A stretch of 36,032 nt of DNA from the UHGV virus genome UHGV-0254045; one strand, written 5' to 3'. The notes under the pieces were generated by a model. The model made no database searches. It was not told the DNA's origin and was given only the letters and a program-made list of their open reading frames with translations. Numbering within the stretch: the stretch's first letter is position 1; each line of letters begins with the position of its first letter. Source of the stretch: a virus. Position numbers and translations under genes: made by a program. Shown here in pieces: positions 1 to 8,837 of this stretch.

Positions 1-2439
1 ACTATTCCTTCCGCGCAAAAACTATTTGCGCCGTTTGTAGATAGTGTTGTTGATGAGAATCAAAAACCTATTTTTGTCGATGGTTCTATTGTCAATATAA
101 ACGGGAAAGTATATGATGCGCTTTCTGACCACATAATCGATATTCAGCCGGGCGAAGTTTCTCTTAGATACGACGTAGTATGGAGAAATAAAATTTATGG
201 TGTGGCAGAAACCGAGGGCTTTTCGTCTTCAACATCTTTTATTGTATTGCCGAATTATCCTCCGCTTCCGCGGTGGAACGCAAAAACGGTGATAAATCGT
301 CTGCTTGTAAAAGCCGAAACGCTTCGGAAAAGCCAAACGCCGCGGTTTCATTTAAACGCAGCGCAAGCCGAAGAATTTGAAAAAATCGAGATGCCGGAGC
401 TGCATTTAACGAACAGCACGCTTCGCGAAGCTTTGCAAACGGTAGGCTCGTACATACACGGCGAACCGCGGTTAAATGGTACTGAAATCAGCTACGATAT
501 GTACGGCGGCAGCGAACGCACGGCGGTGGACTTTTCGAAGTATTTTTCAAAATCGTTTCAGCAGTCGATCGACAGCGCGCTTACAAGTATAGATTCCACG
601 GTAGATAACCTTGTATCGACAATCGGCTACGCGAAAGGCGTGATGGTAGAGCCGTATTCGGGCGGATACAAGACGGTGCGAACGGAAACGTTGTATGCGC
701 GTATTCAGGATGATAATATGATCATCGCCACAACGTACCCGATCAATCGGATTATCAAGCTTGAAAGCGGAACAATCGGGGGAAAATATGGCGAAACGGA
801 TTTAACGCCGTATGTATTCGAAGCCAGCGAATACACGCGGCTTTCGTCGTATAGCAGTTTGTATCCTACGAGCCGCGCGTATGCGATTTATTACACGCAG
901 GGCGAAAAGAATATCAAGGGACTGAATTTTAAGCAAACGGACGCGATTTCACCGGCGTTTAAAAATTATGCTATCCTCAATATATTGCGGGCGGCAACGG
1001 GCGACAATTCGCTGGAAGCCAATTATACGACGCTTGCCTTCCGGATAACCTACGAAAGCGTATCGAGCGCGCGAGTGAAGCAGTCGAAGCAATATATAGC
1101 GGACTTCAATAGAGTGAGCGAGATTGCGTATAATCAGGGGCAGAACCTGATAGAAAGCAGCTATTACGGCGAGCATTTAAAAGGCGTAGTCGCGCGACTG
1201 GGAAACGTCGATAAAGTAATTACATTATATCAGAGAGGCACGCCGGATATACCGAAAACCGGAATGTTGTACGACGACGAGTATTACATATCTGCGGTGG
1301 CAGTCGAATATCAGCCGTATTTCACGAAGATATCCTGTGCTTTGTCAAAGGATTTCAACCGATATTCCGATTACGTGGGCATCAACAGTACGAAACGATT
1401 CTACGAAATTTCGGAACGTCAGGCATACGACAGTTTTATAAACTATCGGGATTACGTAATCATCGGCGCCGCCGTGGCAACGGATTCAACCGAGCCGAAA
1501 GCGCTTTTACCGAATCTGAACGGAATAAAGAACGCATTTAAAAAGGACGTCCCGAGGAGCGGAGTAACGTGCGTAGTCGCACGCGGGCAGGCAAAAGATA
1601 CCGACGGAAATATATCGGATTTGAACGAGGTGATTTTGCCCGTGCAAGCGTTTGCGATGGGCAACGCGGTTGTGTTCACGTTTAAGTATCAGGATAATTA
1701 TTCGGCGGGAGACAATGCGACGTTTCAGCAAGGCGGAACAGGCGGCAATTCCGTAAGCGGGTTTTATCAGAATTCCGTGCCGTATAAAGATTATTACGGG
1801 AATATGGAATATCTCACGCTGAAATATTATCGTTCGGCAACGACGCCCGCTGTAGACATGGATAGCGAAAGTCCGGACCATTGGCAAAACGATATAGGAA
1901 TTACGCTTCCGGATACCACGCTGCCGGCGGGGGACGGGAGCAAAATCGGCGGTGCGGATTTACTTCTTACGACCGGCGAAGATCCGTTGTGGCTGCAAAT
2001 CGGTTCGACGGAAGTGCCGACGATTACGTATCAGATCGAGCTTGTAACGAATCGGCGCGGTCTGATTATCGGTTCGGCGCTGGCAGGGAACGTGAAATTG
2101 ATCGGACAGGGCGCAGACGGACACGAAAAGAATTTATATGTACTTCCGTACCGAATCAATAAATTTGCCATGAAACTGAATCCGGATAATTTGAATGCGC
2201 TTCAGAATTGCGGAGAAGTCGAGTTTTACGGAGATAAGCAAAGCGGCGCCGGCTGGAACACGAAAGATTATCTGAAACACAAAACCTATACGGGCAGCGA
2301 AACGGGGCAGAGCTGGGCGATTATCGATGCCGTAACGGGCGAAGTATTGCTTGCGGAGAACCGTGAAATCAGGACAAATGAGAGCGTATTCGGAGAAAAT
2401 GTGTGGTTCACGCTCGTACACGACGTAATAAAACGGTAA
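1..2439 (+). CDS. Large tail tip/baseplate protein, C-terminal 812 aa of an 862-aa ORF that starts at 35883 on the circle
   Basis: Frame 1 is open from base 1 (TIPSAQKLF...) through the track ORF 202-2439; rich in Y/T/S/G like beta-structured virion proteins; lies immediately upstream of fibre genes. Confidence 0.7.
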   Translation, partial: TIPSAQKLFAPFVDSVVDENQKPIFVDGSIVNINGKVYDALSDHIIDIQPGEVSLRYDVVWRNKIYGVAETEGFSSSTSFIVLPNYPPLPRWNAKTVINRLLVKAETLRKSQTPRFHLNAAQAEEFEKIEMPELHLTNSTLREALQTVGSYIHGEPRLNGTEISYDMYGGSERTAVDFSKYFSKSFQQSIDSALTSIDSTVDNLVSTIGYAKGVMVEPYSGGYKTVRTETLYARIQDDNMIIATTYPINRIIKLESGTIGGKYGETDLTPYVFEASEYTRLSSYSSLYPTSRAYAIYYTQGEKNIKGLNFKQTDAISPAFKNYAILNILRAATGDNSLEANYTTLAFRITYESVSSARVKQSKQYIADFNRVSEIAYNQGQNLIESSYYGEHLKGVVARLGNVDKVITLYQRGTPDIPKTGMLYDDEYYISAVAVEYQPYFTKISCALSKDFNRYSDYVGINSTKRFYEISERQAYDSFINYRDYVIIGAAVATDSTEPKALLPNLNGIKNAFKKDVPRSGVTCVVARGQAKDTDGNISDLNEVILPVQAFAMGNAVVFTFKYQDNYSAGDNATFQQGGTGGNSVSGFYQNSVPYKDYYGNMEYLTLKYYRSATTPAVDMDSESPDHWQNDIGITLPDTTLPAGDGSKIGGADLLLTTGEDPLWLQIGSTEVPTITYQIELVTNRRGLIIGSALAGNVKLIGQGADGHEKNLYVLPYRINKFAMKLNPDNLNALQNCGEVEFYGDKQSGAGWNTKDYLKHKTYTGSETGQSWAIIDAVTGEVLLAENREIRTNESVFGENVWFTLVHDVIKR

Positions 2440-2466
2440 AAACTTACGGGAGGTAAGAAAGGAAAA

Positions 2467-3249
2467 ATGATTGTATTTTGTAGTGCCGACGGAACGGTGA
2501 GGAAGGTCTTGCCGACGCATGTATATCAGGGCTCTTCGCTTGCCGGTGATTTTTACTTTGTTGCTCCGTTTCCGGGCACGAACGCCGTTACGGTATTTTT
2601 TCAGCTGGCGAACGGTGAGTTTACGGAAGAATATCCGCTGACGCCGATGACGGTAAACGGAAGCGAATTACAGGATGTGTTCAACAGTCTGGGCAGTAAT
2701 TACGGCGTGTGGGATTGGCGAGTGGATAACGGATTGATTACGGCATATCCCGGCGAAGTTACGGCGCAGTTTAAAATCAGCTATTACGATGACAACGGCG
2801 AGCAGCAGGAAATATTCAGTTCGGTTGTAACGTTCTATGTGCAGGAAAGCGAAACGCCGTTACCGCCGGAAGAACCCAGCGGCGACCAGTGGGACGTGCT
2901 TATAAAATTATACACGGAATTGAGCGTGGAGCTGCACGCGTTGAGTCAGCCGAAAATCGAGCCGGAAAAAGGCACGATCCCGCTAAGAGATGAAAACGGA
3001 AACGTAAAAACAAACGAGCCGAAAGAAGATGCGGACACGGCAAATAAAAAGTTTGTGGAAGAGAAAATTTCGGAGTTCAAAACCATCATATCGAAACAAT
3101 TAGAAGACAAGCTGGATAAAAACGCCATCGTACAGGAAACGGGCGATGCGGAAGATAAGGTAATGTCGCAAAAATCCGTTACCGAAGCATTAAGTCAGAC
3201 CGATCTGGAATACGCAACCGACCGTGATATACAAAACTTATTCTATTAA
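2467..3249 (+). CDS. Putative baseplate upper / fibre-anchoring protein
   Basis: BppU-like beta-rich N-terminus (GEVTAQFKISY...SSVVTFYV); DADTANKKFV fibre-type motif; IVQETGDAEDKVMSQKSVT motif common in fibre proteins. Confidence 0.55.
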   Translation: MIVFCSADGTVRKVLPTHVYQGSSLAGDFYFVAPFPGTNAVTVFFQLANGEFTEEYPLTPMTVNGSELQDVFNSLGSNYGVWDWRVDNGLITAYPGEVTAQFKISYYDDNGEQQEIFSSVVTFYVQESETPLPPEEPSGDQWDVLIKLYTELSVELHALSQPKIEPEKGTIPLRDENGNVKTNEPKEDADTANKKFVEEKISEFKTIISKQLEDKLDKNAIVQETGDAEDKVMSQKSVTEALSQTDLEYATDRDIQNLFY

Positions 3250-3275
3250 AAAATAAAAAACAAGGAGATATAAAC

Positions 3276-4295
3276 ATGTCAAAAATTATCACTTATGCCA
3301 ACCTTCAGACGTTCAAAAGAAAGAACGACGAAAAAACCGCGGCGGATATTGCAGCGGCAAAATCCGCTTTAATCGGGACAATAGAAGATACAACCGTTGC
3401 CGATACGATTAAATCCGCCAAAAAACAAGCGAACGGGGCTTTTTCGGCAGCCAACAGCGCATACGCACTTGCAAACAGTAAATACGCGAAGCCGGCGGAC
3501 GGAATTCCGAAAAGCGACCTTTCCCTCGGCGTTCAGGCAGCGTTGGATAAAGCCTCCGTATCGATACAGGAGCATCAGAAGATTGCAACGGGCAGCAGCA
3601 AAGGTACAATTTCCGTTGATGGCAAAGACGTTGCGGTAAATGGTCTCGGAAATATGGCGTACAAGGACAGCGTCAGCAAAAGCGACGTGGGGTTAGGCTC
3701 CGTTGTGAACGCCGGGCAGGATTCTACGCCTACGGCATCGTCGAATAATTACGTAACGTCGGGCGGCGTAAAGTCGTATGTAGATGCGGCAATCGGATCT
3801 GTCAAGCAATTTCAGTACGAGGTCGTAACGGAATTACCTACTGCGGCGGCTGCAACGATGGGCAAGATTTATCTTGTAAAACACGCGCATTCCAGCAGCG
3901 ATTCGTATGACGAGTATATAACGATTCAGGCGGATTCGAAGTATACTTGGGAAAAAATCGGCAACACGGATATTGATTTATCGGACTATTTTAAATCGAT
4001 TGAGCAGTCTTCGGAACTTAGCCCTGATATGGTTGTTACGGATCTTAAAAAGAGTGGTTCGACCATAATGTGCTGTCGAAAGTCTTTAAAAACGTCCAGT
4101 CCAGAGGCAAGCGGAAACGCCATTTCATTTATTGACAGTATTTCTCAAGAGGGATGTGGTAAGATAAAAGCGACGAAAAAAACTGTGTCATCGGCGAGCA
4201 CAGCCTCGGCAGGGCTGATGAGCGCCGCCGATAAAACGAAACTGGACGGCATCACCGAAGCCACGGACGAAGAAATCGAAGCATTATTCAGTTAA
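3276..4295 (+). CDS. Tail fibre / side-fibre protein
   Basis: RBS aaggag; fibre motifs KSDVGLGSVVN, VTSGGVKSYVD, YDEYITI...WEKIGNTDIDLSDY, AGLMSAADKTKLDGI. Confidence 0.7.
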   Translation: MSKIITYANLQTFKRKNDEKTAADIAAAKSALIGTIEDTTVADTIKSAKKQANGAFSAANSAYALANSKYAKPADGIPKSDLSLGVQAALDKASVSIQEHQKIATGSSKGTISVDGKDVAVNGLGNMAYKDSVSKSDVGLGSVVNAGQDSTPTASSNNYVTSGGVKSYVDAAIGSVKQFQYEVVTELPTAAAATMGKIYLVKHAHSSSDSYDEYITIQADSKYTWEKIGNTDIDLSDYFKSIEQSSELSPDMVVTDLKKSGSTIMCCRKSLKTSSPEASGNAISFIDSISQEGCGKIKATKKTVSSASTASAGLMSAADKTKLDGITEATDEEIEALFS

Positions 4296-4311
4296 TCGAT
4301 GAGGTGGGTGA

Positions 4312-4746
4312 ATGGCTAAATTTGTAACGTTGGATAATTTAAAAGCGTTCAAGAAAAAGCTTGACGCTACGAGCGGCAGCGCGATAAACGCCTACCCCGT
4401 CGGTGCCGTTTATATTTCGGTCAATTCAACAGATCCGGGCGAACTGTTCGGCGGAACGTGGACGCGATTAAAGGATCGGTTCCTGCTCGGTGCAGGAACC
4501 GGGTATGCAGCTGGTACAACGGGCGGTGAATCAGTTCATAGGTTGACTATCGATGAAATTCCAGCTCATAATCACACCCTTAGAATAGTAGGTAATGGAG
4601 AGGTTCAACGTAATATTCCAGCTACAAATACTTCATGGGGACATTATCAAAATATTGGAGACGGTATTAATACCGCCGGCGGAGGGCAAACACATAACAA
4701 TATGCCGCCTTATTTAACGGTGTATATGTGGAAAAGAATTTCTTAA
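4312..4746 (+). CDS. Fibre tip / collar-domain receptor-binding protein
   Basis: YPVGAVYIS...PGELFGGTW...RFLLGAG...GGE..H.LT..EIPAHNH...HNNMPPYLTVYMWKR, a motif series typical of phage collar/fibre-tip proteins. Confidence 0.75.
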   Translation: MAKFVTLDNLKAFKKKLDATSGSAINAYPVGAVYISVNSTDPGELFGGTWTRLKDRFLLGAGTGYAAGTTGGESVHRLTIDEIPAHNHTLRIVGNGEVQRNIPATNTSWGHYQNIGDGINTAGGGQTHNNMPPYLTVYMWKRIS

Positions 4747-4757
4747 AGGAGAAGGCG

Positions 4758-5285
4758 ATGAAAGTTTATAATGAAGAAAAAACAGAAGTTTTAGAAACTT
4801 GTGATTTAACAAAGGGTTTTTTAAAAACTGATAAAATTTTAAAAGTACATCATGAAGCCGTTCCTGCAATTCCAGCCGTTACGGTTGCATCGAAAATCGA
4901 AGTGATTCTGAAGAATGGCGGTAAGATAATTGAAGTTGACGGCGTTTATTACGAAGTAGTAAAAGAATTCCCGAACGGCGGCATGACGGTTGAAGAAATC
5001 GAGGAAACGCCGGGCGTGCCGAAACAAGAAGCTTACGACGAATATGAAGAGATTTTTGTGTTTGTGCCGTATACCGAGGAAGAGCTTGAAAAACAGAATC
5101 CGGATAAATACGAAAACCGTGTTGTTGAATTGCTTCGGGAAAAATATTCTTTGAATCAGGAGCTCGCTATTTTGCGCCAGCGCGACGCGAAACCGGAAGA
5201 ATATGCCGCTTATAACGAGTATGCGGAAGCTTGCAAAACGAAAGCAAAAATTGAGTTGAATATTCAGACAGTCGTGAAAGAATAA
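4758..5285 (+). CDS. Putative fibre-associated chaperone / hypothetical protein
   Basis: ATG 4758 after RBS aaggag (track start 4728 is likely too early); acidic; follows fibre tip gene; C-terminal RKYSLNQELAILRQRD..PEEY..YN.Y.E.CK-type motif seen in such genes. Confidence 0.5.
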   Translation: MKVYNEEKTEVLETCDLTKGFLKTDKILKVHHEAVPAIPAVTVASKIEVILKNGGKIIEVDGVYYEVVKEFPNGGMTVEEIEETPGVPKQEAYDEYEEIFVFVPYTEEELEKQNPDKYENRVVELLREKYSLNQELAILRQRDAKPEEYAAYNEYAEACKTKAKIELNIQTVVKE

Positions 5286-5306
5286 AAAATAAAACGGCTT
5301 ACCGGG

Positions 5307-5340
5307 CATTTTTGCGATATTATCGCGAAAATGTTTTTTT
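5307..5340 (+). terminator. Intrinsic terminator after fibre genes
   Basis: catttttgcgat / atcgcgaaaatg stem (one G-U pair) followed by T7. Confidence 0.55.
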
Positions 5341-5360
5341 ATAGCCGAGAGGAGAAAAAA

Positions 5361-5861
5361 ATGAAAAGGACAATTACAGTAATCGGCAGGGCGGGGCATT
5401 TGGACGTTCCGTCCTTTCCATTGTCGGAAAACGAGGATTTGCTCGTGCGATTCGATATACAAAACGAATGCAAGGGCGCGAGGTACTACATAACCGTAAA
5501 ACACGGCGCGGCAAAAAAGCAAACGTTTTTATTGCTGCAGAACAAAACGCTCACGTTGTCGGCAGCGTGGCTCAGGCAGGGCGGAATGGAACCGATAGAG
5601 TTTTCCATAGAAATGAAAAACTATCTCGGCAACGTAACCATTCGGAACGACTACGAAATAGAGCCTCTTGTGGTTGTTGAGACGGACGGTGAATATTACG
5701 CGACGGGCGCGGTACAGGCGCTTGAAAAGCGCGTGGCGGCGTTGGAACAGGCGTTACAGAATGAAATCGCGGTAAAAGAGGAAATCCTCGCGAAGTTCGA
5801 AGATTTTGCGGACAACGGCGTAAACGTACAGTTTACGGACGAAGAAAACAATTCAAATTAA
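5361..5861 (+). CDS. Hypothetical protein (beta domain plus C-terminal coiled coil)
   Basis: RBS gaggag before ATG 5361; heptad pattern VQALEKRVAALEQAL. Confidence 0.55.
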   Translation: MKRTITVIGRAGHLDVPSFPLSENEDLLVRFDIQNECKGARYYITVKHGAAKKQTFLLLQNKTLTLSAAWLRQGGMEPIEFSIEMKNYLGNVTIRNDYEIEPLVVVETDGEYYATGAVQALEKRVAALEQALQNEIAVKEEILAKFEDFADNGVNVQFTDEENNSN

Positions 5862-5867
5862 GGAGAA

Positions 5868-6641
5868 ATGAAAATGAAAAAGAGTAAATTTATCAGCGTG
5901 TTGATCAGTGCGGTGCTTGTGGCGTTTATGGCAGCGCTGGTGCTTTGTATGTCGTTCGGAAATGTATCGGAAACGGCGTACAATGCGAAGGCGGAAGAAT
6001 CGGCGACGGAACAGCCTGAGGGCGAACAGGAAGGTTCACAGAGGGGCGAAACGGAACAGGGCGGGGAAACACCCGCGGGGAACGAAGAAACGCAACCCGG
6101 CGCAAACGATGACGTGCAATTCGATTTGGATGCTTTCCTCGCGTACGTGCAAAAATATGCCGATCAGGCAGGGATCGGCGATGATTACGCAAAGGCGGTA
6201 GAAGCGATTAAAACGGCGGCGAGTAAAAAGCAGGTAACGCTTTCTACGATTGCGTGCGTAGCGGAATTTGTGGGATTTTTCGTGTTTATTATTTATTCGA
6301 AACATAAAAACGGCTCTCTGAAAAAGTCGATGATCGAGCTTTCCGAAAAACTTGATTTGCAGGTAAAAGGAACAAACGGCTTGATTGACGGAAGCAACGC
6401 GAACGGGCAAACGGCAACGGAAACGAAGCAGGAAGTAGGCGAAATGAAAAACGATATAAAAGCCTTGAAAAGCGGGCTTGCATATCTGTTGAGCGGTCTT
6501 TCGTCGTTCGTGGAACGCTTTAATATCGGTGCGGCAAGCAAAGAAAGCGTGAAACGGGAATTTAACCGGGCGGTGAAAGAGATCGACGGCGAGCCGACGG
6601 AAACAATTAAGGAGAAAGCCGACGATGAAGATAAAGCATAG
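5868..6641 (+). CDS. Membrane protein (N-terminal signal/TM, acidic linker, second TM, coiled coil)
   Basis: RBS aaggag; hydrophobic FISVLISAVLVAFMAALVLCMSF and IACVAEFVGFFVFIIYS. Confidence 0.7.
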   Translation: MKMKKSKFISVLISAVLVAFMAALVLCMSFGNVSETAYNAKAEESATEQPEGEQEGSQRGETEQGGETPAGNEETQPGANDDVQFDLDAFLAYVQKYADQAGIGDDYAKAVEAIKTAASKKQVTLSTIACVAEFVGFFVFIIYSKHKNGSLKKSMIELSEKLDLQVKGTNGLIDGSNANGQTATETKQEVGEMKNDIKALKSGLAYLLSGLSSFVERFNIGAASKESVKREFNRAVKEIDGEPTETIKEKADDEDKA

Positions 6642-7068
6642 TAAAGAATGGTATTTCAAAGCGAAGTTCGTTTTGTACTGGGCGGCGATGGCGTTGTGTA
6701 TTCTTCCGCCGCTGATTGCCTCTATCGTCAAGCTCCCGAATATCGTTGTATTCAAAAACGCCGAAAGCACGCTTTCGGGCGTGTTTGTAGCGGCGATTAT
6801 CTGCGCTGCGTTGCCTTTGTATAAAGCGATTGTCAAGCTTGTGAAATCGCCGAACGCCGCAGTGATTTGTTGGATACTCTTCGGGCTTATGGCTCTCGTA
6901 AATTCAATGACGTCGGAAACGATCCGGGCTTTAACGTTTGTGTTTGCAGTGGCTGCTGTCGGGAACACGCTCGGCGCGATTCTGTTTAAAATTTCAAAAG
7001 ATTTCGACGAGCTCTGGAAGTATTGCGGTCAGGTGCAGATTACGGGAAACGGGGGTGAAAGCGTATGA
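6625..7068 (+). CDS. Four-TM membrane protein (holin position)
   Basis: Four hydrophobic segments; RBS aaggag; overlaps the upstream gene by 17 nt. Confidence 0.7.
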   Translation: MKIKHSKEWYFKAKFVLYWAAMALCILPPLIASIVKLPNIVVFKNAESTLSGVFVAAIICAALPLYKAIVKLVKSPNAAVICWILFGLMALVNSMTSETIRALTFVFAVAAVGNTLGAILFKISKDFDELWKYCGQVQITGNGGESV

Positions 7069-8063
7069 TTGAAAAGATACCGGAAGAAAAGGCTGGCGGG
7101 CAGACGATTATTTATTCGCCTGTCATCAAGCAGAAGAAAAGCGGCGCGTTCGTGGACGTGTTTACGCTGGCAATCACGGTAGTTATTTTTATTGCAATGA
7201 TCGCTTCGTATTTTGTTACGGTGAAGCCGAACGCGGAAATCAGCGTGCAGGAAATCACCGTGGAAGTGGTGTGGCTTGCCGCGGGAACGTTCTCTATCGG
7301 TTCGCTGATCAAACGCTACGCCATCGGCAAGGGGCGTAAAACGGACGAATATAAATCTGCTTGTGAAAACGCAAATAAAAGCATTGAAAAGCTTTGCGCT
7401 TCGGAATATTTTTCGCGGGTTTCGGAATACTGCGAAATTTATACGATTGAAGCAATTCGGAATTATCGCAGGCATCAGTTATTGCTGGTAGGACTTACGC
7501 TTGAAGAGTACGAGAAAAAGTATCTCGGTTGCGGGTTCTGGCATTTGATTGCCTGTGTCAGGCGCAAAGAATTGAGCGGCGCTCAGGCAAAAGCCGTGAG
7601 AAGATGCAACCGGATAAGAATCAAGGAATACGATCCGAATTTCATTACGTCGTATAACGCCGATCTTTCCTCGAATAAATCGCCGTCCGAAATGTACAAC
7701 GCAGAACGCGCCAACAAACTGAACACGGCAAAATCGTTTGTAACTACGGCTTTGTCATCGTTGTTTATCGGGCGGTTGTTTTCGGACGTGTTTTTGAATT
7801 TATCGAAAGAAGCGGTTTTTGTAGCGGTGATTAAAGTGATAACGATTTTAATCAACGTCGCGTTCAAAGCCACATTCGGGTGGAATATCGCGCAAATGGA
7901 AATTCAACGCAACCGACTGCGCACAAGCGAAGTTTCCGCTTGTATGGAATGGTGCAAAAACAACCCGTGCGGCGTGCTGCCGTTGCCGGCTAAAGCAAAA
8001 GAACGGACGGAAAACGATTTACCTTACGGGGTTTCTGTTGTTCCACTGAAAACGGAGGTGTGA
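7065..8063 (+). CDS. Membrane protein with 2 N-terminal and 2 C-terminal TM helices around a soluble helical domain
   Basis: ATGA overlap with upstream gene; TMs VFTLAITVVIFIAMIASYFV, VVWLAAGTFSIGSLI, FVTTALSSLFIG, VFVAVIKVITILINVAF. Confidence 0.7.
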   Translation: MIEKIPEEKAGGQTIIYSPVIKQKKSGAFVDVFTLAITVVIFIAMIASYFVTVKPNAEISVQEITVEVVWLAAGTFSIGSLIKRYAIGKGRKTDEYKSACENANKSIEKLCASEYFSRVSEYCEIYTIEAIRNYRRHQLLLVGLTLEEYEKKYLGCGFWHLIACVRRKELSGAQAKAVRRCNRIRIKEYDPNFITSYNADLSSNKSPSEMYNAERANKLNTAKSFVTTALSSLFIGRLFSDVFLNLSKEAVFVAVIKVITILINVAFKATFGWNIAQMEIQRNRLRTSEVSACMEWCKNNPCGVLPLPAKAKERTENDLPYGVSVVPLKTEV

Positions 8064-8266
8064 AAATGAACGATGCAAAAAACAGAGTGTTTGAAGAGGC
8101 GAGAGTGTTGGAGGAGAAGCTTTTAAAGCTTTCGTTATTTACGGAACACAATCCGAATTTTCATAGACTGTCGAAGCCATCCCGAAAGCTTTTGCAAAAA
8201 CAGGAAAAGTATATGAAAAAATATTTGTCCGTGCTGAAAAAAAGACTGAAAGTCTGGGAGGATTGA
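8060..8266 (+). CDS. Small helical protein resembling the crAss001_48-related / T4 Y16Q (Sequestin-like) family
   Basis: Pattern RVxEExxxLxxKLxxLSxF...F..L....LLxxQxxxMKxYxxxLxKR; RBS ggaggtg (ATG 8066 is a likely start). Confidence 0.6.
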   Translation: MKMNDAKNRVFEEARVLEEKLLKLSLFTEHNPNFHRLSKPSRKLLQKQEKYMKKYLSVLKKRLKVWED

Positions 8267-8272
8267 AAAAAA

Positions 8273-8329
8273 ATGTTCCTTGGAATTTTATTTTGTATTT
8301 TTCTGTTGCTCGATGACGACAGAGATTAA
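8273..8329 (+). CDS. Possible 18-aa hydrophobic peptide MFLGILFCIFLLLDDDRD
   Basis: ggagg at 8257-8261, ATG 8273, TAA 8327-8329, followed by a terminator; below the ORF-track cut-off. Confidence 0.35.
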   Translation: MFLGILFCIFLLLDDDRD

Positions 8330-8340
8330 AAACTGAAAAA

Positions 8341-8356
8341 TTGCAGTTGACTGCAA
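8341..8356. repeat. Palindrome TTGCAGT-TG-ACTGCAA, copy 1 of 4
   Basis: Perfect 7-bp arms; related copies at 15404, 25341 and 35041. Confidence 0.7.
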
Positions 8357-8361
8357 AATCG

Positions 8362-8397
8362 AAAACGCTCTCGTATCTTTCTACGGGAGCGTTTTTT
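8362..8397 (+). terminator. Intrinsic terminator ending the late operon
   Basis: aaaacgctctcgta / tacgggagcgtttt stem plus T tract. Confidence 0.8.
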
Positions 8398-8689
8398 GTT
8401 GTAAAAACCCCGACAAACGTCGGGGCGAAGAACAGGTTGCAATTTCGATTCTATCAGTTGAATTTTAAAATCTATAAAAACACCGATTGGCGGTGAAATG
8501 GTTGAGAAAGTGGCTGTAATACGCGGGTTTAAAGGCTTTCAAAAAATCTTATCACAAAAAATATCAAGCACGTATTATGCCGGAAGTTATATTAAAACAA
8601 ATAGCGCGGCAACAATATATTTTTGGTGAACGATTGGCGAACAAGCCATGAAAGCCTTTATATATAAGGGATTGAATGGTTTCTTTGAT

Positions 8690-8714
8690 GGTTCAAATCC
8701 CTTTCTCTGCGCCA
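8690..8714 (+). other. attP: attP core: 3' end of a tRNA gene (probably tRNA-Ser)
   Basis: GGTTCAAATCCCTTTCTCTGCGCCA = T-loop, 3' T-stem strand, acceptor strand, G discriminator and CCA; 124 bp beyond the integrase stop; no 5' tRNA half upstream. Confidence 0.85.
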
Positions 8715-8718
8715 TTCC

Positions 8719-8760
8719 TACGGTTTTATGCAAAAAACATTGCATAAAACCGTATTTTTT
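8719..8760. terminator. Terminator downstream of the att core (serves the reconstituted tRNA, possibly also the integrase)
   Basis: Perfect 15-bp stem tacggttttatgcaa / ttgcataaaaccgta followed by T6. Confidence 0.8.
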
Positions 8761-8837
8761 GCGCATTTTTGAGTAGAAATCTGCTTTAAAAATACGTTTT
8801 TAGTGAGGGTTGGCGTAAGATTTGGTTCACAAAAATC

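Noticed and set aside
3276..4746. Diversity-generating retroelement or invertible fibre cassette
   Set aside because: No reverse transcriptase, no template/variable repeat pair and no invertase seen
8640..8714. Full tRNA gene
   Set aside because: Only the T-loop to CCA is present; no acceptor 5' strand, D arm or anticodon arm upstream
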